Positions 16,600 through 25,467 of a stretch of DNA of 64,000 bases are shown piece by piece. The stretch's first letter is position 1; the number at the start of each line of letters is the position of its first letter. The stretch comes from a virus. The stretch lies in the IMG/VR virus record IMGVR_UViG_3300002061_000003; one strand, written 5' to 3'. The position numbers and the translations under genes are program-made. The notes below the pieces were generated by a model that saw nothing but the letters and a program-made list of their open reading frames with translations, made no database searches and was not told the DNA's origin.

Positions 16600-18094
16600 A
16601 TTAAGACCTTCCGAATTATGGGATGCTCAACCTCTCTTCGGTTATCAGGCTAAAACAATTCATTTCGGGTCCCGAGGTATTTCGGGGCTCGTAGCACCTT
16701 CTGAAATACACGACGTTGAAGGTAACTATACCGGAACCGGAATTAAGGTGTTCGCGTCCTCAGCGGGCAGGCTGATTATGGAGATCGATCCTGGTCTCGG
16801 TAAATCTCGTATCGCCATTGGGTTGTATCTCAAACTATGCCCATCAGATCCAGTCCTCGTTGTATGCTCTAAGAAAGCTTTGAATACCTGGAGACGTGAG
16901 TTTCCGAAATGGACTACAGCTGAGCAATCCGATGTCATCATCATCGAAGGTACGCCCGCTCAGCGCAAAAAGTTATGGGCTAAACCGTCTCAGATTAAGG
17001 TTATAACCTACCAATCTGGAATGCGTGATGGTCCACAGGTTGAGGCCTTCAATCCTCGAATGATTATCCCAGACGAATGCAAACTGCTGGTGAACCGTAA
17101 GACACAAGCATTCAAATTCTGGTCTAAGGTCATGCATGCAGTTGATTATGTATGCCCTATGGATGGTACGTTGGTTAGAAAAGGTCCTCAAGACCTTTGG
17201 ACCTTCTTTAATATCATCAAGCCCAAGACTTATAGGTCATTTTGGAAATTCGCAAACGCTTTTTGCCTTATTGTCGATGGAGGTTTTGGTAAAGAGTTTT
17301 GCGGTGCCAAGAATACTAAAGAACTGGGTAAGCTGCTTAAACATACTGTCGTACGATTGAAAGACAATGATCCCGAAACTCAAGGGCAAAGACCTCCACT
17401 AACCCGTGACTTCAAGTTGATAGACATGACACCTGAGCAGCAACGTCTGTATGATGCGCTACGTGATGACATGTTGGCTGTTACAGAGGGTGGTGAATTT
17501 GTTGCAGCCCCATCTCAACTTTCACTTCAGGTTCGACATCGCCAGCTATTGATATGCCCGAAGATTCTTGATGAGTCAATGGGTAATGGTGCTGCTATAG
17601 ATCAACTCCTGCTTGAGATGGAAGACGACCCTCATATCGTTGTGTTCACACCATATACCAAAGCAATACCATTCCTCTCAGCCGCTATACAGGGTGCTGG
17701 TGGTCCAGAGCCATATGTGCTTCGAGGAGGGGCAGATTCAAATCATGTAGGTATGGTTGAGAACGAATTCAATAGCCCTGTTGGGCGAGAACGTGCAACC
17801 ATATGCTCTATTGGCTTTGCGGAATCATTTGAGCTTTGGTCTGCGAAGAGTGGGCATTTTATTGGCTACGAATGGGCTCAGAGATATAATTACCAGGCTG
17901 AAAAAAGATTGCATCGACTGATCACACCCCATCCAATTAATATCTGGTATTACCGTTACTTAAATACGGTTGATGATGTCATTCTCGACGTGCTCAATTC
18001 GAATACGCGGAACGTTCGAATCACATACCAGAACTATGAAACTGCAATTAGAACAGGTAAGCTGTCAAATGATGACGTGGGAACAACTGACTGA
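16592..18094 (+). CDS. SNF2-family DNA helicase/translocase
   Basis: PGLGKS (motif I), IIPDECK (II), MDGT (III), QAEKRLHR (VI). Confidence 0.85.
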   Translation: MRELRPSELWDAQPLFGYQAKTIHFGSRGISGLVAPSEIHDVEGNYTGTGIKVFASSAGRLIMEIDPGLGKSRIAIGLYLKLCPSDPVLVVCSKKALNTWRREFPKWTTAEQSDVIIIEGTPAQRKKLWAKPSQIKVITYQSGMRDGPQVEAFNPRMIIPDECKLLVNRKTQAFKFWSKVMHAVDYVCPMDGTLVRKGPQDLWTFFNIIKPKTYRSFWKFANAFCLIVDGGFGKEFCGAKNTKELGKLLKHTVVRLKDNDPETQGQRPPLTRDFKLIDMTPEQQRLYDALRDDMLAVTEGGEFVAAPSQLSLQVRHRQLLICPKILDESMGNGAAIDQLLLEMEDDPHIVVFTPYTKAIPFLSAAIQGAGGPEPYVLRGGADSNHVGMVENEFNSPVGRERATICSIGFAESFELWSAKSGHFIGYEWAQRYNYQAEKRLHRLITPHPINIWYYRYLNTVDDVILDVLNSNTRNVRITYQNYETAIRTGKLSNDDVGTTD

Positions 18095-18482
18095 AGCCGG
18101 TATAGAAAATCATTTAGACGAGTCGCATGGAATCTATGCAACTGCTTTAGCTTTTGATTTTTGGATTACGTCTGATGAAAAGGTTTTGACAATCAAGGCT
18201 ATGACTGACCTTGAAGTCATAAAGGAAGCGCAACTTGTTACAGCTGAAGCTGCTGACTACAAGGCTAAGAACCTTAAGATGCTGGATGATCGGATTGCGG
18301 ATGCACTTGACCGTAATTTACCTCCCATTATAATCAACCAGCTTGAGACCCAAAAAGAAGCCTTACATGAATTCCCCCTACCTCAATGTGTTACTTGGAT
18401 GCCCAAATTCATACGTCTGTGTATTGAGATGCGTCGAAGGGAAATTAACCTAGAAGATGTCTTCTACGGTCGTCCAACATAA
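18069..18482 (+). CDS. Hypothetical protein
   Basis: ORF overlapping the helicase end. Confidence 0.6.
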   Translation: MMTWEQLTEAGIENHLDESHGIYATALAFDFWITSDEKVLTIKAMTDLEVIKEAQLVTAEAADYKAKNLKMLDDRIADALDRNLPPIIINQLETQKEALHEFPLPQCVTWMPKFIRLCIEMRRREINLEDVFYGRPT

Positions 18483-18515
18483 CCACCCAAATTATTTTTA
18501 GGTTGACCTATTGAT

Positions 18516-18551
18516 TCCCTCTTGATTGACCAAAAGAGAATATGGTATAAC
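18516..18551 (+). promoter_or_regulatory. Promoter with CCCTCTTGATTGACC element
   Basis: TTGATT-N18-TATAAC with extended -10 TG. Confidence 0.6.
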
Positions 18552-18595
18552 TTAACTCTAAGTTTGCAAAAGCGTACTTGGTAATTTAAAGGAAA

Positions 18596-19822
18596 ATGAA
18601 TATGGTACTTCAAGGCGAAGCAGGCAAGAAGACTGCTGTCATTCGGACATCTGATCGTAACCTGTTTAAAAAGTGTCGCCGAAATTGGATGTTCCAATCC
18701 CACATGCAAAGAAACCTAGAGCCTAAGCAAGCTCAAATGCCTTTATGGTTTGGTACTGGGATTCACTTTGCATTGGAAGACTTCTTTAATCCCAATTCTG
18801 AACTCCCATGTAAGACTGCTGCTGAGGCTTTCGACCTGTATGTCAAAGCAACGCGCATCCAAAAGAATCAGCAAATGCCTGATGACTGGCAGGAGATGTC
18901 AGAAACTGGAAAAGCCATGCTCGACTACATGGAAACATCCTGGCTTCAAACTCGTGATCCTTTGACCACATTCGTTCACAACGGCATTCCCCAATTGGAA
19001 ATCAACTTTATTGTCGACATTCCTTTTGATGTTCAAGCACATTATCCCCACTCACCTTACGACAAAGTTGTTTATTCTGGCACCATCGACCGCATAATCA
19101 TTGACGACTACGGCCGTCTATGGTTGGTTGATTACAAAACCGCTAAGAATATGAAGACATCACATTTCGCCAACGATCCTCAAGTAACTGCTTATTGCTG
19201 GGCTGCATCGGAAATGTATCCGGATTATGAGATCGCTGGTATGATCTACTGGCAGTTCTTGAAAGCACACCCCAAACCTCCAGAACCATTGAAGTCGGGC
19301 AAGATTTCTACAGCTCAGAATATGAAGACATCTCGTCCACTATATCGTCGTGCATTGATCGATGCATACGGTTCTGTTGAGAAAGCTCCAGCCGCTGCAG
19401 TCCAAAAATTGAATGACCTGGCTATGCTTGAATCTGTAGAGCAGGATGCTTATATTCGTCGCGACAAGATTTACAAGAATGCACATTCCCTGCAAGCCGA
19501 GGGTGCCAAGATTTTGTCAGAGATGGCAGATATGCTTAACCCAGACTTAGCCCTATATCCAAATGCTAATTTTATGTGCCCACATATGTGTGCATTTTAT
19601 GAAATATGCGTCTCTATGGATGATGGCTCAGATTGGGAACAACAACTCGAAGCTGAAACCCAGCAACGTGCTAAAGGTGATGAGTCTTGGCGTAAATCAA
19701 TTCCAGCAGCCCTGGAGATGATTTATGGTGATCCTGAGCCTACATACGATTTCGACAACCCACCTGTTGACGGCCATACTGCTGCTTTGGACGCCAATGA
19801 CATTCTCACAGGAAAGAAATAA
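18596..19822 (+). CDS. PD-(D/E)XK exonuclease (RecB/Cas4-like recombination nuclease)
   Basis: 'FKKCRRNW', 'FGTGIHFALE', 'SGTIDRII...LVDYKT', 'Q.TAY', C-terminal CPHMCAFYEIC. Confidence 0.85.
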   Translation: MNMVLQGEAGKKTAVIRTSDRNLFKKCRRNWMFQSHMQRNLEPKQAQMPLWFGTGIHFALEDFFNPNSELPCKTAAEAFDLYVKATRIQKNQQMPDDWQEMSETGKAMLDYMETSWLQTRDPLTTFVHNGIPQLEINFIVDIPFDVQAHYPHSPYDKVVYSGTIDRIIIDDYGRLWLVDYKTAKNMKTSHFANDPQVTAYCWAASEMYPDYEIAGMIYWQFLKAHPKPPEPLKSGKISTAQNMKTSRPLYRRALIDAYGSVEKAPAAAVQKLNDLAMLESVEQDAYIRRDKIYKNAHSLQAEGAKILSEMADMLNPDLALYPNANFMCPHMCAFYEICVSMDDGSDWEQQLEAETQQRAKGDESWRKSIPAALEMIYGDPEPTYDFDNPPVDGHTAALDANDILTGKK

Positions 19823-19823
19823 C

Positions 19824-20720
19824 ATGACCCAAGCTACAACATCTACATCTACGACAGCATCTGTGAAGCCGAAGACAGCTCCTCCATTTGCTATCAAGCG
19901 GGTTACAACTGACAGTCAGTGGATGAAGTTGCTTATCTATGGCATGCATGGATCTGGCAAAACCACTCTAGCTGGCTCCGCTGTAGACGTGGAATCCATG
20001 GGTGACGTGCTTATGGTTTCTGCGGAGAGCGGTAACCTTACATTGCTGGACAATGTGCGTATCAAAAACCTTGACAACCTCGATACTATTCCAGTCAACA
20101 ATTTCGACTCGGTTGTCAAGATCTATGAATTCCTGACATCTCACATTAAGTTTCGGGATGCAAATGACGTTGAGAAACTTCGTGGCCAGGAAGCTTGGCT
20201 TCGTGGTTGTGATCCTTCTGAAATTGAAAATCCCCGCAAGTATCGTACTGTGATCCTCGACTCATTGACTGAGATTGAAGCCTATTGCATGTACAAATTG
20301 CTGGGTACGCATGGTGAGTTTTCGACTTCCATGCTTGACGAAGATACCAAGACTGCCGAATTCAAAGAGTACAAGCAGAACAACAACATGGTGAACCTGC
20401 TCGTACGCGCATTCCGCGATCTTGACATGCATGTGATCGTATTGTGTGGTCGCGCATTCGAACAAGACGAAATGAAAAAGTTCCTGTACTCACCTCAGTT
20501 GACGGGTAAACTCCGTACTCAGGTTCAGGGCTATTTTGATATCGTCGGATATCTTGTTGTGGGTAAGACTGGTGATGATGGCAAAGCGCCTCGCCGGCTT
20601 TATGTACAACCTGAAGGCCGTTGGGACGCTAAGTGTCGTTTCTCCGGTTACGCATCGGGACATTTCGACAACCCAACTTTGACATCTATGATGAAGGATT
20701 TGGGACGTCTTGGCTCGTAA
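19824..20720 (+). CDS. Sak4-like AAA ssDNA-annealing ATPase
   Basis: LIYGMHGSGKTT, VILDSLTE, 'QVQGYFDIVGYL', 'AKCR'; located between exonuclease and SSB. Confidence 0.85.
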   Translation: MTQATTSTSTTASVKPKTAPPFAIKRVTTDSQWMKLLIYGMHGSGKTTLAGSAVDVESMGDVLMVSAESGNLTLLDNVRIKNLDNLDTIPVNNFDSVVKIYEFLTSHIKFRDANDVEKLRGQEAWLRGCDPSEIENPRKYRTVILDSLTEIEAYCMYKLLGTHGEFSTSMLDEDTKTAEFKEYKQNNNMVNLLVRAFRDLDMHVIVLCGRAFEQDEMKKFLYSPQLTGKLRTQVQGYFDIVGYLVVGKTGDDGKAPRRLYVQPEGRWDAKCRFSGYASGHFDNPTLTSMMKDLGRLGS

Positions 20721-20751
20721 TACACTTAACATCTGAACAAGGATACTGACA

Positions 20752-21189
20752 ATGACTGAAGATACATTCGAAGGTGGTGATGCTTCTGTGGCAATCGACC
20801 TTTCCCAAGTGGAAGAAGCTTCCTTTGAGGCCGTTCCGGTTGGTACATACGAAGCTGTGATCGAAGGCTGCGAATTCAAGCACAGCCAAAACTCCGGTGC
20901 TCCAATGTGGTCGCTGAAGACGCAGATCACTGAAGGTGATTATGCTGGCCGTGTTGTCTTCGACAACATTTCCTTCTCGGAAAAGGCGTTGCCATACACC
21001 AAGAAGACTCTGGCCACTATTGCACCTGAGCTGTTGGCTGGCCCGTTCAACCCTGAAGAAGCTGCTGCTGAGATGCAAGGCAAGCAAGTCAAGTATCAGA
21101 CCAAAATGGAAGAATACCAAGGTGAGAAGCAGACACGCATCAAGAAGTATCTGCCCTTGGGTGATTCCGATGATTTCATGAACGGCTAA
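20752..21189 (+). CDS. Single-stranded DNA-binding protein (DUF669-like)
   Basis: 'FEAVPVGTYEAVIEGCEFKHSQNSGAPMW...GDYAGRVVFDN'; acidic C-terminus. Confidence 0.8.
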   Translation: MTEDTFEGGDASVAIDLSQVEEASFEAVPVGTYEAVIEGCEFKHSQNSGAPMWSLKTQITEGDYAGRVVFDNISFSEKALPYTKKTLATIAPELLAGPFNPEEAAAEMQGKQVKYQTKMEEYQGEKQTRIKKYLPLGDSDDFMNG

Positions 21190-21204
21190 CCTCCCTAGCT
21201 TGAC

Positions 21205-21405
21205 ATGAAAACGTTGACCCTCAGTCAGTTTGCCGCTTTGCATAACAAGTCAAAGCCAACCATTTCCAAGTATCTGAACAATGGGCAGATTTTAGGAATA
21301 CGAGTTGGACACGCTTGGCAAATCACGATCGAAGAGAGTGATAGGTATATGGCTGAGGGTCTTCTTCCTCTTCCTTCCGAAAACATCCAGCCCGGAGATT
21401 CTTAA
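21205..21405 (+). CDS. Excisionase-like helix-turn-helix protein
   Basis: 'LTLSQFAALHNKSKPTISKYLNNGQILGIRVGHAWQI'. Confidence 0.75.
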   Translation: MKTLTLSQFAALHNKSKPTISKYLNNGQILGIRVGHAWQITIEESDRYMAEGLLPLPSENIQPGDS

Positions 21406-21406
21406 G

Positions 21407-22168
21407 ATGACAAAAGCATTTGTCTTGCTTAGTGGTGGCATTGACAGCACAACCTGCCTTTTCGACGCACTCAAAAATTACGACGAGGTGGAAGCCGTCT
21501 CGATCAACTACGGCCAAAAACATTTCAAAGAAACCGAATTTGCCAACGCTACATGTAAAGCACAAGGTGTTGAGCATCGGATTCTGGACATTCGCGGATT
21601 GCTGGATGGCAATGGCGTCATGCTTACAGATGCCGAAACATCCATCCCATCTATCGACTACTCAGACATTGAGGGTGTTTCACCTACATATGTTCCATTC
21701 CGTAATGGTACGTTGTTGTCGATCATTGCAGCTCAAGCTCAGAAATGGGTGATGGCAGAAATCGATCGCCGCAAAGACGATATGAATGCTCATGACTATG
21801 CTGGCAAACATTTCACGGATCAAGAGCTTCTGGATATGATGCGCGATTCATCGGCGGTCTATTTGGGTGCTCATGCTGAGGACGCACATAATTGGGCTTA
21901 TCCTGATTGTACTCCAGAATTCAACGGTGCTATGGCGAATGCTATCTACACTGGCACCTACTACACAGTCCGCCTTCGCACGCCTCTGCTGAACATGACA
22001 AAGCAGGAAGTTATTGAATATGGCTATTCAATGGGTGTTGATTGGAAAAGCACGTGGAGCTGTTACGCTGGTGGTGAAAAGCATTGTGGCGAATGCCCTA
22101 CATGCCGTGCTCGCAAGCAAGCATTTATTGCTGCAGAGATTCCTGATCCAACTGAATACGCAGTTTAG
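21407..22168 (+). CDS. queC: 7-cyano-7-deazaguanine (preQ0) synthase
   Basis: LLSGGIDS, YGQKH, TYVPFRN, YPDCTPEF, TWSCY, HCGECPTC. Confidence 0.97.
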   Translation: MTKAFVLLSGGIDSTTCLFDALKNYDEVEAVSINYGQKHFKETEFANATCKAQGVEHRILDIRGLLDGNGVMLTDAETSIPSIDYSDIEGVSPTYVPFRNGTLLSIIAAQAQKWVMAEIDRRKDDMNAHDYAGKHFTDQELLDMMRDSSAVYLGAHAEDAHNWAYPDCTPEFNGAMANAIYTGTYYTVRLRTPLLNMTKQEVIEYGYSMGVDWKSTWSCYAGGEKHCGECPTCRARKQAFIAAEIPDPTEYAV

Positions 22169-22186
22169 GATTCCTCGTTTCCAGCG

Positions 22187-22217
22187 GCTGGAGGAGTAAC
22201 ATCCTCCGGCTTTTCTT
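22187..22217 (+). terminator. Intrinsic terminator between queC and queD
   Basis: GCTGGAGGA-GTAACA-TCCTCCGGC then TTTTCTT. Confidence 0.75.
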
Positions 22218-22230
22218 ATGGAGTGTCGTC

Positions 22231-22704
22231 ATGACCAAACCACGTTTTATCTCAACCAAAACCTATACACATTCTATAGGACTTTCTGCTGCATTTCGTC
22301 AGTGGCGCGCTGAATCTCATTGTAGGTTTATTCACGGGTACTCACTTGAAGTGCATGTCAAGTTTATCGAAAAAGCGGGACTTGATATTCGCAACTGGGT
22401 TGTCGATTTTGGCAGCCTTAAATCGTTCAAAGGCATGCTTGAAGATACCTTCGATCACAAAACACTTGTCGCTGAAGATGATCCATACCTTCAGAAGTTC
22501 ATGGATATGCAGTCTATGGGTTTGATGCAGGTTGTTAAAGTTCCCAACTGCGGTTGTGAAGCTTTCGCAGGTATGCTCTTTGAGTATGCTCAGATATGGC
22601 TCAAAGATAACGGTTATGGTTCCGTGGATGTCTTTGAGGTCGAAGTTCGGGAGCATGCAGCGAATTCAGCTATCGCCCGAAATCCAGCTTACCTCCATGC
22701 GTAA
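22231..22704 (+). CDS. queD: 6-carboxy-5,6,7,8-tetrahydropterin synthase
   Basis: 'HCRFIHGYS', 'VVDFGSLK', 'FDHKTL', 'EVEVREH'. Confidence 0.95.
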   Translation: MTKPRFISTKTYTHSIGLSAAFRQWRAESHCRFIHGYSLEVHVKFIEKAGLDIRNWVVDFGSLKSFKGMLEDTFDHKTLVAEDDPYLQKFMDMQSMGLMQVVKVPNCGCEAFAGMLFEYAQIWLKDNGYGSVDVFEVEVREHAANSAIARNPAYLHA

Positions 22705-22978
22705 GCTCATACCTACAGGTTATACTCATGTCAAAATGGGTGGACCTCCGACTGACTGGGCTGAGCTGATGATCCTGAATACGGATACACAAACGCTCGT
22801 ATACCAGGTAATAGAAGTCAACACTGAAGAGGGTTGGCTTGAGAGGCACGTTGATACTGTTCCCGACGGATCTCTTGATGAATGGCCTTCTGAACGATTA
22901 GAAGGTAATTTTCAAATTGTGCGAGCAGCTGAAATAGAAAGTACGTCACATGTCAGAAAAGAAGATTCCGCTGGTTGA
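22697..22978 (+). CDS. Hypothetical protein inside the que cluster
   Basis: ATG 22697 overlapping the queD stop; 93 aa. Confidence 0.6.
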   Translation: MRKLIPTGYTHVKMGGPPTDWAELMILNTDTQTLVYQVIEVNTEEGWLERHVDTVPDGSLDEWPSERLEGNFQIVRAAEIESTSHVRKEDSAG

Positions 22979-23756
22979 ATCTTTCGGCCCCACCATTCAA
23001 GGTGAAGGGGCTGTTATTGGTTATCAGACCATATTCTTACGTTTTGGTGGTTGTGATTACCGTTGCGGTAAATGCGATTCACTCCATGCTGTGCTTCCAA
23101 GCATGTTCAAGAACGCACCGAAGATGACAAATGCTGAGTTGCTTGAGCATACTCTTGAACTTGCTGGCCACTGTCATTGGATCACATTCTCAGGTGGCAA
23201 TCCCTGTATGTGGGATCTTACGGATCTTGTTGCAGGTCTGAAGCTTGCAGGTAAGATGATTGCCGTTGAGACTCAAGGCACTCTGCTTCCTGATTGGCTG
23301 GCTATGTGTGATATGGTTACCGTATCACCTAAAGGGCCTGGTATGGATGAAGTCTTTGAGCCTGAGAAGTTCGATGCTTTCGTCAAGAAGTTTCATCCAG
23401 TACTTGAACCCAAAGATCCGAGAATGCCAATGGCTCGCGGTGAAGACTGGCACTTTGGGTTCTCCGTTAAAGTCGTGGTATTTGACCAACGCGATTTGGA
23501 GTTCATGGTTGAGATCATGGAACGTTGGCCAACTACAGCTCAGGTGATGTTTGCCTCTATAGGTAACGTGGATCCTCCTGCCCCTGCAAAACGTCTGCAT
23601 GAAGGTGATGAACTGCCTCACATGGAGTTCGTTGAACAAACCCTGAACAACTATGAACTACTGGCACGTGAGATCTGGGAAGATCCTCGCTGCTCACCTG
23701 TTCGTGTTCTACCTCAACTTCACACCCTTCTCTGGGGTAACAAACAAGGCGTCTGA
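22950..23756 (+). CDS. queE: 7-carboxy-7-deazaguanine synthase (radical SAM)
   Basis: TIQGEG, FLRFGGCDYRCGKCDS (CxxxCxxC), TFSGGNP, ETQGT, VSPK, LPQLH. Confidence 0.95.
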   Translation: MSEKKIPLVESFGPTIQGEGAVIGYQTIFLRFGGCDYRCGKCDSLHAVLPSMFKNAPKMTNAELLEHTLELAGHCHWITFSGGNPCMWDLTDLVAGLKLAGKMIAVETQGTLLPDWLAMCDMVTVSPKGPGMDEVFEPEKFDAFVKKFHPVLEPKDPRMPMARGEDWHFGFSVKVVVFDQRDLEFMVEIMERWPTTAQVMFASIGNVDPPAPAKRLHEGDELPHMEFVEQTLNNYELLAREIWEDPRCSPVRVLPQLHTLLWGNKQGV

Positions 23757-23757
23757 T

Positions 23758-24381
23758 ATGACTGACCAAAGACCTAAAGCTCCGACATTACCTTTCAATA
23801 CCATCATGTCATCGGATGATATGGTTGGTGCTATTGAAGGTGTGGAGCAAGCACTTGATTTTGCAATTCCGAAATGGAACGAAAACCCATCTACAGAAAA
23901 CACTGCCACACGCTTTATGAAGTATCTGGCAGAGTTTACGCAGCCAATCGATATGGACAAGATCTTTGGGTCTACGTTCGAAGATCCAGCTGATCACCCT
24001 CCCATGATCATCCAACATCCAATCCCGTTCCGAATGGTTTGCGAACATCATCTGTTACCCGCTGTAGGGGTGGCTGCCTTGGGATACGTGCCACACAAGA
24101 GAGTCTTAGGGCTTTCCAAGTTGACACGCCTGGTAGATGCTGTAGGCGTTGAACAGCCTTCGCTGCAAGAACATCGTGCTAACCGTATCATGGATTTGAT
24201 GAATCAGCATCTTGAACCTAAAGGTGTTATGCTGGTTATCAAGTCTCAACACGGTTGTATGGCTTGTCGCGGTGTTAACGTGAGGGGCGTTGATACCACT
24301 ACTTCTCATGTGTCAGGTGTATTCCGTGACAACCCAACAGCTCGTGCTGAGTTCTTGGCTTTGATCCAAGGTAACATGTAA
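23758..24381 (+). CDS. folE: GTP cyclohydrolase I
   Basis: TATRF, VCEHHLLP, GLSKLTRLV, LQE, HGCMACRGV, TTTS, RAEFL. Confidence 0.97.
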   Translation: MTDQRPKAPTLPFNTIMSSDDMVGAIEGVEQALDFAIPKWNENPSTENTATRFMKYLAEFTQPIDMDKIFGSTFEDPADHPPMIIQHPIPFRMVCEHHLLPAVGVAALGYVPHKRVLGLSKLTRLVDAVGVEQPSLQEHRANRIMDLMNQHLEPKGVMLVIKSQHGCMACRGVNVRGVDTTTSHVSGVFRDNPTARAEFLALIQGNM

Positions 24382-24572
24382 TGGCTACGATTACGCTTAC
24401 CGAAGAACAGCACGGCGAAGCAGTGAATTACCTCGAACAAGCACGTGAAGCACTGGAGAATGCCGAAACATTGCTTGCTAACCGCACTATTGATACCGAC
24501 GAACTGATTCAAGACCTTCAGGAAGTTGCTCAGCAGTGCTCTAATTGCCACAAAGTGGTAGGAGAAGTTTAA
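24381..24572 (+). CDS. Small helical hypothetical protein
   Basis: TAATG coupling on both sides; CSNC near the C-terminus. Confidence 0.6.
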   Translation: MATITLTEEQHGEAVNYLEQAREALENAETLLANRTIDTDELIQDLQEVAQQCSNCHKVVGEV

Positions 24573-25318
24573 TGGCTAAATTTGCACCTGTGGTTCCGAT
24601 CCCAGTCGCACAAGCATATCGTGAAGCTGGCATGCTGGGTGATTACCAGTTGTTGCTGGCTCATGATGTTATCAAGCGTCCAGGTGATTATGCTCAAACG
24701 TATTCACACAACCAGTGGATTATCATGGACAACTCTGTCATCGAATTGGGTTATCCCCTTTCAGAAGACGAGATGCGTGAAGCTATTGGTGTTGTGCATG
24801 CATCAGTTTTTGTCTTGCCCGATGAATTGTTGGACAAAGATCAAACAATCCTGAAGACGTTCGAGGCTTTGAATACTTGGGGGAACTTGATCACCGATTC
24901 AACCAAAGGTATGGCTGTTCCTCAAGGCACTACATTTGACGAATGGGTTGAATGTGTAGAAGCCTTCGCACAGATCCGTGAAATTGATTGGATTGGTATT
25001 CCACGCAATGTCAAAGAAAAGCTGGGTACTTCTCGTGTGAAGGCCGCAGAGATCGTTCAAACCGTATGTCCCGATAAGAAAATTCACATGCTTGGATTCA
25101 GCGATGACATTCAGGATGATGTTGCAGCAACTCGCGTCGGTGGCGCTGTTATGGGTATCGACTCCGCTGTGCCGTCTCGGATGGGAATGCGTGACCAGAA
25201 AGTTATCACCCTAGCCAATCCTGATCATTCACCTCGGGGTGATTGGTGGGATAACCCAGGCGAAGTTAATGATCTGGCAATTACCAATGTAACGGTTTTC
25301 CGTTCTTGGTTGACATAA
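24572..25318 (+). CDS. dpdA: TGT-fold transglycosylase, DpdA-like (inserts 7-deazaguanine into DNA)
   Basis: TIM-barrel strands with TGT-equivalent residues: IIMDNS, VLPDE, AVPQG, IGIP, IHMLG, GIDSAVP; directly downstream of folE. Confidence 0.75.
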   Translation: MAKFAPVVPIPVAQAYREAGMLGDYQLLLAHDVIKRPGDYAQTYSHNQWIIMDNSVIELGYPLSEDEMREAIGVVHASVFVLPDELLDKDQTILKTFEALNTWGNLITDSTKGMAVPQGTTFDEWVECVEAFAQIREIDWIGIPRNVKEKLGTSRVKAAEIVQTVCPDKKIHMLGFSDDIQDDVAATRVGGAVMGIDSAVPSRMGMRDQKVITLANPDHSPRGDWWDNPGEVNDLAITNVTVFRSWLT

Positions 25319-25467
25319 TGTAAAACCTTCCATTGGTGATGGGAGGTATTTGAAAGGCTTAACCAGCCGGGTCTGTGTTGGCGACCTATTAGTTCAGCAT
25401 TAGAGATGCAGCTATGAATGCACGGGTAGGTGGAAGGCCTACACCCTTAGCAGCGATAGGATAGAAC

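Noticed and set aside
21205-21405. Excisionase-like gene suggesting lysogeny
   Set aside because: No integrase, repressor cassette or att-like site found; this HTH family is common in lytic phages
22170-22230. Possible preQ1 riboswitch in the que operon
   Set aside because: Lacks the preQ1-I P1/loop consensus and A-rich 3' tail; reported only as a terminator/antiterminator
25388-25447. tRNA-like segment (D-arm-like TAGTTCAGCATTAGAG, anticodon-like CTATGAA)
   Set aside because: No TTCRA T-loop, no 7-bp acceptor stem or CCA, 8-nt anticodon loop; kept only as a structured-leader candidate
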